Shown in pieces: positions 9,776 to 20,000 of a stretch of DNA of 64,000 bases. A program made the translations under genes and the position numbers. Source of the stretch: Chloroflexota bacterium (GTDB taxonomy: Bacteria; Chloroflexota; Dehalococcoidia; Lucifugimonadales; GCA-2719675); the NCBI GenBank assembly GCA_002719675.1, contig PBID01000016.1, positions 2,837-66,836 on the forward strand, written 5' to 3'. Under the pieces are notes generated by a model that saw nothing but the letters and a program-made list of their open reading frames with translations, had not been told where the DNA came from and did no database searches. Each line of letters opens with the position of its first letter. Position 1 is the stretch's first letter.

Positions 9776-11350
9776 TTAACGTCCTTCGAATTTTTTTAGT
9801 TCAGGCCATATACTTTTTATATTCCAGCTTTTAAAAAAAATTAATTCAGCATCACTGCCTTTTGAGAAAACGGAAATTCCATTACTGTTTTCAAGAGAAG
9901 GATATGTTCTAAGTGTTAAACATTGCTTTCTGTTAGCAAAGACTTCAACAATACTTCTGTCAATAAATATTCTTAATTCAAGGTTTTCGCCATTTTGTAA
10001 TTTTAATGGACCTGTTTCGGGAGATCTGGCTTTAACATTTTTCCTCAAAGAAGAGTTTGAAACATCTATTTGCAAAGAATCAATGATGGTTTCTGAGGGA
10101 TATCCTTCAGTATGATTTCCTTTGAGAAAAGATATTTTAGTTTCTTCTTCCTTGTTTGGTGATTGAAGGACGTTAATTCCAACTTCTCTAGCTTCTTTAG
10201 GATTGATAATTATTTCCAACTCTATTGCTTTGCCTTGGATTTCCTTTATATCGATTTGTGTGTTTGCAGGTATATTAAATCCGGCTACATTTTTTTGGTT
10301 AAATCTTAATTGTTTTAATTCTTCTATAGGATCGATATTTAAAGAATTATTTTGTAGAGATAAATGTCTTGGTAATGTCATAATTCCTTTTGTAGAATCC
10401 TTTTCTTGAGGTTTCCCTTCTATTGTATTGAAAATTGCAATGCACCTGCCTTTAGAATCAATTGTTGCTGAAGCTGCGTGTAGACTAGAAGACATCCAAG
10501 GTCCATAGTTCATTCGTCCGTGAATTTCCGGGTAAAATTTGTGATCTTCAGAATCATAAGTGCCTATGTAATAGTGACTGGCTCTTTTGTGGCTAAATAG
10601 TAGGAGTAGATGTTTATCTTCACTAATGGGAAGAAAATTTGGAACAGCAGCATCTTCTCCGGGATCGGCATAAAAGATATCTTCGAATAGTGATCCTATG
10701 TGTTCCCATTCATCCAGATTAGTTGATTTGAATAAATGGTCAATTCCAATTGCATCAACACCTCTGGTTCCGTTTTTATAGGTTCCAGAAATTGAATAAT
10801 ATTCATTATTTTGTTTCCAGATACAAGGATCGAATACTCTATAAGGAAGGCCATTTTGATCTGTTGGAATAATTGGAATCACAGGATTGTTTTTATTTTT
10901 TTTCCATTTTAGTAACAATTCGTCTGATGCAGTTGCGATGCAATTGCCAGACTCAGTTCCATGATATATTGCAATCACTCTATCTTTTTCTACTAAAGAT
11001 TGTCCGCTGAAGCAGTCCTTTTCATTTTCAGGGTAAATAGCAGGTGGTAAATCTATCCATGAGATTAAATCATGGCTAATTGCATGTCCCCAATGTACTC
11101 GAGTTTGGTTGTCGCCTTTGAATTGGTAAAACAGATGATATGCTCCCTGCCATTCACATAGTCCATTGGGATCATTCAGAGAATTTTGAGGAGGTGAAAA
11201 ATGGTATAAAGGACGATCAATATCCGCACTTAATTTTAGTCTTGATTTTTGAAATTCTTTTACAAGTTGATTCTCTTCAACTACAGACTGTAGTTTGGAA
11301 GAAATTTGAGAAGGGTAATGTTTTTTATCAATCGTCATTGCTTTTACCAT
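9776..11350 (-). CDS. Glycoside hydrolase family 32 (beta-fructofuranosidase / sucrose-6-phosphate hydrolase-like), cytoplasmic
   Basis: GH32 motifs LNDPNGL...YHLFYQ, WGHAISHDLISW, FSGQ and the RDP-like FDPC. It has a C-terminal beta-sandwich region and no signal peptide. Confidence 0.85.
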   Translation of the reverse strand: MVKAMTIDKKHYPSQISSKLQSVVEENQLVKEFQKSRLKLSADIDRPLYHFSPPQNSLNDPNGLCEWQGAYHLFYQFKGDNQTRVHWGHAISHDLISWIDLPPAIYPENEKDCFSGQSLVEKDRVIAIYHGTESGNCIATASDELLLKWKKNKNNPVIPIIPTDQNGLPYRVFDPCIWKQNNEYYSISGTYKNGTRGVDAIGIDHLFKSTNLDEWEHIGSLFEDIFYADPGEDAAVPNFLPISEDKHLLLLFSHKRASHYYIGTYDSEDHKFYPEIHGRMNYGPWMSSSLHAASATIDSKGRCIAIFNTIEGKPQEKDSTKGIMTLPRHLSLQNNSLNIDPIEELKQLRFNQKNVAGFNIPANTQIDIKEIQGKAIELEIIINPKEAREVGINVLQSPNKEEETKISFLKGNHTEGYPSETIIDSLQIDVSNSSLRKNVKARSPETGPLKLQNGENLELRIFIDRSIVEVFANRKQCLTLRTYPSLENSNGISVFSKGSDAELIFFKSWNIKSIWPELKKFEGR

Positions 11351-11455
11351 AGTAATTTATATTTATTCATTAATAGAATCATTATATTATTAAAATATTG
11401 ATTTCATATTATTTTTCAAGTTGTTTTTCAAAATTTCATAAGAAAAAAATTTAAA

Positions 11456-12256
11456 ATGGAAAAATCAGGAATTTTTATAGCTCTTGTGATGGGAGCAATT
11501 CAAGGCATATTTGAATGGCTTCCTGTAAGTTCACATTTAGTAATTAATAATACTATTTCATTATTTGGAGAATCTTTTCAAAATAATGATTTTGATTCTG
11601 GTTATGGTTTTTGGTTACATTTAGGAACTATGATTTCTATTTTAATAGTGTTAAGAAAGGACTTAACTACTTCATTCAAGAAAATCTCAATTGATAACGA
11701 TAAAATAACCATAAATTTTTATAAATTAATTACTATAGCTACGGTAGTTAGCTTATTTTTTGGGATGATATTTTTTTTAATTTCAGATTTAAAAATCATT
11801 AATTTGGTAGGGATATTTGTAATGGGAACAATGGGTGGTTTGTTGATTAGTGAGTCAACAACGAAGAATCAGGACTTTCGCAAAATATCTGATTTTAATT
11901 TTTTAGATAGTTTATTGATTGGATTAGTTCAGGGATTGGCAGTTATTCCTGGTGTTAGCAGATCTGGGGTTGCGATTGGTGTTTTAGTTAAAAGAAAGCT
12001 AAATATTCACAGTTCTTTTTTATTGAATTGTTATCTTAATATACCTTTGAGCTTAGCATCTTCAATATACATGATACTTTCAGCTAGAACAGTAATTTCA
12101 TATTATTCAATTATTTCTTTATTTGCGTCCTTTGCTGTAGGTTCAATTTTTTTGTTCCTCGTTTTGAAAGTTTTTGAGAAATTTGAACAAAGAAAATTAC
12201 TATTATTCACATCCTTGCTAATTTTAGGGAGTTGTTTTTTTCAGGTTGTTTTTTAA
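11456..12256 (+). CDS. uppP: Undecaprenyl-diphosphatase
   Basis: BacA/UppP motifs EWLPVSSH and IPGVSRSG. Polytopic membrane protein. Confidence 0.8.
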   Translation: MEKSGIFIALVMGAIQGIFEWLPVSSHLVINNTISLFGESFQNNDFDSGYGFWLHLGTMISILIVLRKDLTTSFKKISIDNDKITINFYKLITIATVVSLFFGMIFFLISDLKIINLVGIFVMGTMGGLLISESTTKNQDFRKISDFNFLDSLLIGLVQGLAVIPGVSRSGVAIGVLVKRKLNIHSSFLLNCYLNIPLSLASSIYMILSARTVISYYSIISLFASFAVGSIFLFLVLKVFEKFEQRKLLLFTSLLILGSCFFQVVF

Positions 12257-12565
12257 AAAACTCTTTTTAAAAAAAGTGTTCAGATTTAAAAGGGCTTTTT
12301 AAGTTTTTCGCAAAATTTCTTTTAATTTTCTAAAAAAATAACAAAACCACAATATGTTCTTTTAATTTCAATATTTTTCACTTTATATTGTATAAATTAA
12401 TAATGTGAAAAAATCATTACGATATTCGCAATTAAAAATATGCTTTCCTGCTGGATGTATTATGTATTATGTAAAAATTAAGGGTGTTAATCTTTGATTT
12501 TTATGAATAAATTAATCATCATTGATTTTGCAAGGGTTTTTTGATTATACATAAGGAGTGGTAAA

Positions 12566-13519
12566 TTGAAAGAAATAATTTTGAATAGAATTAATGTAAC
12601 TTTGTTTCTGATTTTCTCATTTGCCATTATGTCAGTAGCTTGTTCTTCAGCTTCAGAGTCTGAAAATGAGTTAACAGGAACAATCGAAATAGATGGTTCT
12701 AGTACAGTATTCCCAATTTCCGAGGCTGCTGCTGAAGATTTTGGTAAATTGCCTGGAATGTCTAAGGTAAGGGTAAATGTTGGTGTATCTGGTACTGGTG
12801 GAGGATTTAAGAGATTTGCTGTTGGTGAAACAGATATTTCTGATGCATCTCGATCAATTAAAGATACAGAAAAAGCAAAAGCCGTAGAAAATGGTGTTGA
12901 GTATACTGAATTTAAGTTAGGTGATGATGGTTTATCAGTTGTTGTTAATAAATCAAATTCTTTTGTAGATTGCTTGACAGTGGAAGAGTTGAAAGCAATT
13001 TGGGAATCGGGAACAACTATAACTAATTGGAGTCAAGTGAGAGATGGATTTCCAGATGTAAAATTGCAAAGATATGGTCCTGATACGGATTCTGGCACTT
13101 TTGATTTCTTCACTGACGAAATTAACGGTGAGGCACAATCTAGCACCAGTGATTACATTGCTAGTGCCGATGATAATTACCTTGTTAAAGGTGTTAGTGC
13201 AGATAAAGGATCTTTAGGATATTTTGGTTATGCATATTACATAGAGAACAAAAATATATTGAAGGTACTTGGAATTGACAACGGAAATGGTTGTGTAGTT
13301 CCTGCTCCAGCAACTATTGAAGATGGATCTTACATGCCTCTTTCCAGGCCTTTATACATATATGTAAATAACAAAAGTTTACAGAGAGAAGAAGTTAAAG
13401 AATTTCTTAAGTTTTACTTAGAAAATGGCGCAAATTTTACAAATGAAGTTGGATATGTAGCTTTGAGAGATTCTCTTTATGCAGAAAATTTGAAAATACT
13501 TTCAAGTCTTACCAGGTAA
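12566..13519 (+). CDS. pstS: Phosphate ABC transporter substrate-binding lipoprotein
   Basis: TTG start 7 nt after SD AAGGAG. Lipobox-like SVAC, PstS pattern IEIDGSSTVFP. Followed by pstCAB-phoU. Confidence 0.9.
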   Translation: MKEIILNRINVTLFLIFSFAIMSVACSSASESENELTGTIEIDGSSTVFPISEAAAEDFGKLPGMSKVRVNVGVSGTGGGFKRFAVGETDISDASRSIKDTEKAKAVENGVEYTEFKLGDDGLSVVVNKSNSFVDCLTVEELKAIWESGTTITNWSQVRDGFPDVKLQRYGPDTDSGTFDFFTDEINGEAQSSTSDYIASADDNYLVKGVSADKGSLGYFGYAYYIENKNILKVLGIDNGNGCVVPAPATIEDGSYMPLSRPLYIYVNNKSLQREEVKEFLKFYLENGANFTNEVGYVALRDSLYAENLKILSSLTR

Positions 13520-13671
13520 TATACTTTTCGATTGGTAAAATTGCTCTTAAATTTCAAAGCAAGAGGTTAGTTTATCCGGTCTCTTGTCATGTAGGTTACA
13601 GGGAATTGAAATTAAGTTAAAAAATCATGAATATATGTTGAATTATATCATTAAAAATATACGACAATTTT

Positions 13672-13687
13672 TTCACAAATGTTAACA
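13672..13687 (+). promoter_or_regulatory. Direct hexamer repeat TTCACA-n4-TTAACA in the pstS-pstC spacer (PhoP-box-like)
   Basis: The sequence is TTCACAaatgTTAACA. It resembles the Bacillus PhoP TT(A/T/C)ACA direct-repeat motif, but with a 10-bp rather than 11-bp period. No phoPR genes are in the window. Confidence 0.2.
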
Positions 13688-13753
13688 TTTCCTAGATCTA
13701 CAGATCATTTTTCTTTAATCAATGATTGTATTTTATAGGGAAAAAAATTAAAC

Positions 13754-14644
13754 ATGCTAAGGAATTTTTTCAGAGATATTGAAGGCAATATTTTCCGAGG
13801 CATATTTTTTACATGTGCTTTTTTATCTATTGTTGTTTCTGTAATAATTGTTTATAGCTTGGTTAGTCAAGCTTGGGGATTTTTTGCAGAAGTTTCAGTT
13901 TCAGAGTTCATTTCTGGGACACGCTGGTCTCCAATATTAAAGCCCCGCTCTTATGGTGTTTTACCTTTAGTTTCTGGAACTATCCTTGTATCTATTATTG
14001 CTGCAATGGTAGCTGTACCTGTTGGAGTTGGAGTGGCAATGTTTTTGTCAGAATATGCCTCCGAAAAAACTAGAAAAACTTTCAGGCCTTTATTAGAGAT
14101 ATTAGCAGGTGTTCCTACTGTTGTTTATGGCTATTTTGCTTTATCGTTTGTTACTCCAGTTTTGGAGAAAATATTTCCTGATATTATGGTTTTTAATGCT
14201 TTAAGTGCTGGATTAGTCATGGGATTAATGATTATCCCAATGATATCTTCCATCACAGAAGATGCTATGATTTCTGTACCTAAGTCTTTGAGAGAGGCTG
14301 GATATGCTTTAGGGTCAACGAAAATGGAAGTCTCACTTAAAATTGTTTTACCTGCAGCTCTTTCTGGAATTGTCGCAGCTTCTATCTTAGGAATATCAAG
14401 AGCAATTGGCGAGACTATGTTAGTTACAATTGCTGCAGGTGCTACACCAAAAATGGCATGGAATCCGTTAGAAGGAATTCAAACAATGACAGCATTTATC
14501 GTTCAGCTTAGCTTAGGTGAAACTCCTCACGGTACTTTGGAATATAATACAATTTTTGCTGTGGGCTTTGTATTGTTTGCTATGACATTGATTATGAATT
14601 CTTTAGGCCGATATGTAGTTACTAAATGGGGGATAAAATATTAA
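13754..14644 (+). CDS. pstC: Phosphate ABC transporter permease PstC
   Basis: Six-TM permease with EAA loop (SLREAGYALGSTKMEVSLKIVLPAA). Position in the pst operon. Confidence 0.9.
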   Translation: MLRNFFRDIEGNIFRGIFFTCAFLSIVVSVIIVYSLVSQAWGFFAEVSVSEFISGTRWSPILKPRSYGVLPLVSGTILVSIIAAMVAVPVGVGVAMFLSEYASEKTRKTFRPLLEILAGVPTVVYGYFALSFVTPVLEKIFPDIMVFNALSAGLVMGLMIIPMISSITEDAMISVPKSLREAGYALGSTKMEVSLKIVLPAALSGIVAASILGISRAIGETMLVTIAAGATPKMAWNPLEGIQTMTAFIVQLSLGETPHGTLEYNTIFAVGFVLFAMTLIMNSLGRYVVTKWGIKY

Positions 14645-15519
14645 TGGAGAACAATATTTTTCACCGTAATATTAAAAGACGTCAAAATGTAGGCAAGCTA
14701 TTTTATATTATATTATTGTTATTTAGTCTAATAGGATTAATTGGTTTATCAGCATTATTGATACAAATTCTTAGAGATGGGTTGCCATATTTGAGTACAA
14801 ATATAATATTTAATTACCCATCTAGGCACATTGACCAGGCTGGGTTGAAATCAGCATTGTTTGGAACTCTTTGGATTTTATCATTAACAGCACTTATTTC
14901 TTTGCCCATAGGTATGGGGGCTGCTATATATTTGGAGGAATTCGCAAAAAAGAATTGGATTACGAATTTCATTGAAATTAACATTGGAAATTTAGCTGGT
15001 GTGCCTTCAATAGTATATGGATTACTTGGTTTAACTATTTTTGTTGAATTACTGGGTTTAGGAAGAGTTGTACTAGCGGGAGCTCTTACAATGACATTAT
15101 TAATTTTACCAATAATTATTTTGTCAACAAGGGAGTCAATTAAAGCTGTGCCTAATTCTTATCGAGAAGCTGCTTTGGCTTTAGGAGCTACAAAATGGCA
15201 AATGGTTAAAAGAGTGGTATTGCCAATTGCTTTTCCTGGATTCTTAACAGGAGCAATTTTAGCTATGTCTAGAGCTATTGGCGAAAGTGCCCCAATGATT
15301 GCAATCAGTGCTTTAGTTTATATAACTTTTATCCCAAGCCATGCTATGGATAGGTTTACAGTTTTGCCTATTCAAATTTTCAATTGGATTTCTAGACCAC
15401 AAGCTGAGTTTGCAGGGTTAGCAGCAGCGGGAATAATTGTTCTATTAACTGTTTTATTATTAATGAATGCAGTAGCAGTTTATTTTAGGAATAGATATCA
15501 AGTAAAGTCGAATGAGTAA
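14644..15519 (+). CDS. pstA: Phosphate ABC transporter permease PstA
   Basis: Permease with EAA loop (SYREAALALGATKWQMVKRVVLP). I prefer ATG 14644, which forms a TAATG overlap with the pstC stop, over the ORF-track start at 14626. Confidence 0.9.
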   Translation: MENNIFHRNIKRRQNVGKLFYIILLLFSLIGLIGLSALLIQILRDGLPYLSTNIIFNYPSRHIDQAGLKSALFGTLWILSLTALISLPIGMGAAIYLEEFAKKNWITNFIEINIGNLAGVPSIVYGLLGLTIFVELLGLGRVVLAGALTMTLLILPIIILSTRESIKAVPNSYREAALALGATKWQMVKRVVLPIAFPGFLTGAILAMSRAIGESAPMIAISALVYITFIPSHAMDRFTVLPIQIFNWISRPQAEFAGLAAAGIIVLLTVLLLMNAVAVYFRNRYQVKSNE

Positions 15520-15534
15520 TTGTGGAGGATATAA

Positions 15535-16302
15535 TTGAGAGATAATATATTGAATGTTAAAGATTTAAATGTTTGGTATCGTGATTTTCAAGCTTTAAAA
15601 GATGTCAATATAGATGTTTTATCAAACAAAGTAACTGCTTTGATAGGACCTTCAGGTTGTGGTAAAAGTACTATGTTGAGATGTATCAATAGAATGAATG
15701 ATTTAATTCCTGATGCTAAGATTGAAGGGGAAATTAATTTTGATGGAGAAAATATCAATTCTAATCATCTTGACCCAATATATGTTAGATCTAAGATAGG
15801 AATGGTGTTTCAAAAGCCTAATCCTTTTCCCAAATCAATTTTTGATAATGTAGCATTTGGTTTGAGAATTAATGGTTTCAAAGGGTCTATAGAAGATGAA
15901 GTTGAAAAATCATTAAAGAAGGCAGCTCTTTGGGAGGATGTTAAAGACCGATTAAAAGATGGTGCTTTGGAATTATCTGGAGGTCAACAGCAAAGGCTTT
16001 GTATTGCTAGAACTTTAGCTGTGAATCCTCAAGTTATGTTGATGGATGAACCTGCATCAGCTCTTGATCCTATAGCTACATTAGCCATAGAAGAACTAAT
16101 TAGGGAGCTTTCTTCTGAAGTTTCAATTGTGATTGTTACACATAATATGCAACAGGCTGCTAGAATTTCTCACAGAACAGCCTTTTTTATGGTAGATGAA
16201 AACAGATGTGGTTATATGGTGGAAGAAGGGGAGACAAACCAGATATTTACTGACCCTCATGATGAAAGAACAGAATCTTATATTACAGGAAGATTTAGTT
16301 AG
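15535..16302 (+). CDS. pstB: Phosphate ABC transporter ATP-binding protein
   Basis: Walker [10 protein letters not shown], signature [13 protein letters not shown], Walker B LMDEP. TTG start after SD GGAGG. Confidence 0.95.
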   Translation: MRDNILNVKDLNVWYRDFQALKDVNIDVLSNKVTALIGPSGCGKSTMLRCINRMNDLIPDAKIEGEINFDGENINSNHLDPIYVRSKIGMVFQKPNPFPKSIFDNVAFGLRINGFKGSIEDEVEKSLKKAALWEDVKDRLKDGALELSGGQQQRLCIARTLAVNPQVMLMDEPASALDPIATLAIEELIRELSSEVSIVIVTHNMQQAARISHRTAFFMVDENRCGYMVEEGETNQIFTDPHDERTESYITGRFS

Positions 16303-16311
16303 GAGTATTTT

Positions 16312-16959
16312 ATGCCAAGAGAAAAATTTGATAGAGAAATAAATGCTGTATCTAGTGAGTTATTAATTTTAGGAGGCATGGTTGATAAAGCAATTGAATC
16401 TTCATTGATTGCTTTAAAAGATATGGATAACCAATTGGCAGAAGATATAATCTATCAAGATGATTTTATTGATAGAAAGCAAATTGAGATAGAAGAGAGA
16501 TGCAATAATTTAATTGCTACTCAACAACCTATGGCAAGTGATTTAAGGACGTTGATAAGTATTATTCATATTGCAGTTGAGTTAGAAAGAATGGGAGATT
16601 ACGCTGAAGGTATAGCAAAGATTGCTATCCAAATGGGAAAAGAAGGTCCATTAAAGCCTTTAATTGATATTCCAGCAATGTCTGAGATATCTAGAGATAT
16701 GTTAAGGAAGAGTCTGGATGCTTTAGTGAATCGTGATTTAATTGCAGCTCGAAATGTTTTGAAACAAGATGACCAGGTAGATCAGTTGTATCAGAGGGTT
16801 TTTCAAGAATTGCTTGGCTTGATGACTACAGATGTTGATTTAATTAAAAGAGCTACTTATTTGCTTTGGGTAGCTCATGATCTTGAAAGGGTTGCCGATC
16901 GAGCAACTAATGTTAGTGAGAGAGTTATATATTTAATCACTGGGAAGTTGGAAAGTTGA
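16312..16959 (+). CDS. phoU: Phosphate-specific transport system accessory protein PhoU
   Basis: Two PhoU repeats with conserved E/D..ERxGD motifs (ELERMGDYAEG, DLERVADRATN). Immediately follows pstB. Confidence 0.9.
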   Translation: MPREKFDREINAVSSELLILGGMVDKAIESSLIALKDMDNQLAEDIIYQDDFIDRKQIEIEERCNNLIATQQPMASDLRTLISIIHIAVELERMGDYAEGIAKIAIQMGKEGPLKPLIDIPAMSEISRDMLRKSLDALVNRDLIAARNVLKQDDQVDQLYQRVFQELLGLMTTDVDLIKRATYLLWVAHDLERVADRATNVSERVIYLITGKLES

Positions 16960-17043
16960 ATTTATTCATACCAATTGGTTTAGAAATAGCTTTTCATGGA
17001 CTATAGGTTTAAGTAATTCCGTAATATTTGGTATTATTGCTCA

Positions 17044-20000
17044 ATGAATTATTCAAAGTTTTTTACAAGATTTAGTTTATTTTTTTCAAACTATCTGCCT
17101 ATATTGTCTATTTTAATTTTATCAGCTATTTTTAGATTGAATGGCTTAGATTGGGATGTTGGATATAATTACACCCCTCATCCTGATGAACGAGCAATCT
17201 TAACCAAAGTTTCACAATTGGGATCAACTGTAGGGTATTCATTTTTTGATGCAGAAAATAATTCTTGGAATCCCAAATGGTTTGCATATGGAAGTTTTCC
17301 TTTATATTTACTGAAGTTTTTTCAAGAGATTACATCTTTTCTAAGTGGGGAAAAATTAACAGATTTACGTTTGTTGGGAAGATTAATTTCAGTTGTTGCT
17401 GATATGGGAACAATATGTTTTGTATATCTGATTGGGAAACAGATGTTTGGTAAAAGAGAGGCTATTTTATCTGCATTTTTGGTTGGATTTTGCGTTTTAC
17501 ATGTCCAGTTAAGTCATTTTTATGCAGTTGATACTTTGTTAACTTTTTTCGTTATCGCAATTTTATTTTACGTATATCAAATTTCCAAATCTTGCAATAT
17601 AAAATATTCGATAATTGTAGGTGTATTAACTGGTATCGGTCTTGCAACAAAGGTTAGTATATTTCCGATTTATTTCACAATTTTGATGTCATACGTGATT
17701 TTTGTTACCAATCCATTGAAATTTTTGGATTCAAGTGCTTCAGATTTTTTGTATAAACTCAAATATGCATTCGGATGTTTGTTGTTATCTCTTTTGACAT
17801 CAATTTTGATGTTTTTTATTTGTCAGCCATACATGTTATTGGATTATTCTAAGTTTATTTCTGATGTTTCAGAACAATCAATGATGGTTAGACGTTTATT
17901 GGATTATCCGTATACTAGGCAATATATTGGAACTTTGCCATACTATTATCAGTTGCATCATTTGGTCATTTGGGGTTTGGGTGTTCCTTTCGGTTTGCTT
18001 GCAATTTTTGGATTTATTGGAAATTTTGTTCGAGGTATTAATTTAAATTCTCTTATTTATTTCACATTATTTGCAATAATCATTCCTGCCGGAATAATTG
18101 TTTATAGCGCTAGTTTGTTGGGTATATTTTTTGCTCTTTTGATATTATTTTTTGTTTTATTTTTTAATTTTACAATTCGAAAACAAAAAGCTAGAGAAGA
18201 TGTTTTGTTACTTGCATGGATTTTACCTTATTTTTTAATCGTAGGTTCATTTGAAGTTAAATTTTTACGATATTTATTACCCATTGTTCCTGTTTTGTTT
18301 TTGTGTTCTTCACGGACCCTGGTATTGATTTGGGAGAACGTTAAAATTAGAAGTGTTCAATTGAAATATTCATTCTTGGGATTGATGTTGTTGGGGTTTT
18401 TGTTTGGTGTAATATATTTAATTTCATTTTCATCGATTTATTCTCAAAAACATCCAGCAGTCCGAATGTCTAATTGGGTTCAAGAAAACGTACCAGAAGG
18501 TTCATTGTTGTTAAATGAACTTTGGGATGAATATTTACCTAATATGGGTAAATATAAATTAAAAACTCTTAATTTATACCAACCTGAAAATCCATTAAAA
18601 AAAGCGGAAATTTCTTCTAGATTGGCAGAAGCAGATTACATATATATTTATAGTCACAGATTATACGCAACTATTTCTAATTTACCTGAAAGATATCCTG
18701 ACACATCTGCATATTATCGTACTTTGTTTTCTGGAGAATTAGGATATGAATTGGTACATTCAGAATCCACATTTCCATCAATAGGGGATCATTTGACGAT
18801 TGTTAATGAAACATTTTTTTCTTCTAACCTTGATCCACCTGAAAAATTAAGTAAGTTTTTCCCATCAAATTATATGAATTTTGGAAAAGCTGATGAAAGT
18901 TTTACTGTTTATGATCATCCTGTCAATTTATTGTTTAAAAATAGTTCAAGATACAGCGCTAATCAAATACAAAAAATCATTACTCAAGAATCAGAAAAAT
19001 TTTCTGAAAGAGATACACAATCTTCGAAGGGTATTTTGTCTGAAAATGATCGCTTAATTCAAACAAAAGGAGGTTCTTGGAAATCTATAGTAGATGAGAG
19101 GAGTGTTTTCCGAGATTTACCAGTACTTGTTTGGCTTGTTTTTATACAATTTTTGGGTTTGATTTCTTTACCTTTTACTGTTCTGATTTTTTCATCATTT
19201 AAAGATAAGGGGTTTTTATTTTCCAAAATCGTTGGGTTGCTAATTTTAAGTTATTTGATATGGATTTTGTTGAGTTTAAAAATCATAGATTTTTCAAGGG
19301 ATTTGGTTTTTATTGTTTTGTCTCTAATGTCACTAACGTCGATTTTAATATTTTTATTCAATAAACAGAATTTCATGAGTTATATCAAATTGAATTGGAA
19401 AATGTTTTTACGTATGGAACTATTGTTTTTATCTACATTTTTAATCTTTGTTTTGATTAGGATGTTGAATCCGGATTTATGGCATCCGAATTTAGGTGGA
19501 GAAAAACCAATGGACTTAGCCTATTTAACAGCAGTGATGAAATCATCGACTATGCCTCCTTACGATCCTTGGTTTTCAGGAGGATATTTAAACTATTATT
19601 ATTTTGGACAATTTATGGTTGCGGTAATAATTCATGCGACTGGAATTTTACCGGAAATTGCCTTTAATTTAGCAATAGCTACATTTTTTGCTTTCACATT
19701 TTCTGGGAGTTTTTCTATAGTATTCAATTTGGCTGTTAAAAGTTCACAGTTGCCAAATTTTAGAAAAATGATTTTTGCTAATAAATCAAGAACTTTTTTT
19801 CAAAATGTTAGAGGGTCACCAATTTTTGCAGGTATTTTTGCTGCTTTGTTATTGTCTGTTTTTGGTAACCTAGATGGTGGATTACAATTATTTGAAAATT
19901 TAACGAATATGATTTCAAATCGTGATTTTTCTATTTGGAATTTTGATTTTTGGCGTAGTAGTAGAATGATGCAGCCCGGTATAGAAATTACAGAATTTCC

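Noticed and set aside
7779-11455. Genomic island integrated at the tRNA 3' end
   Set aside because: There is no integrase or recombinase, and I found no direct repeat of the tRNA 3' end downstream. The neighbouring genes look like ordinary metabolic genes with the same composition.
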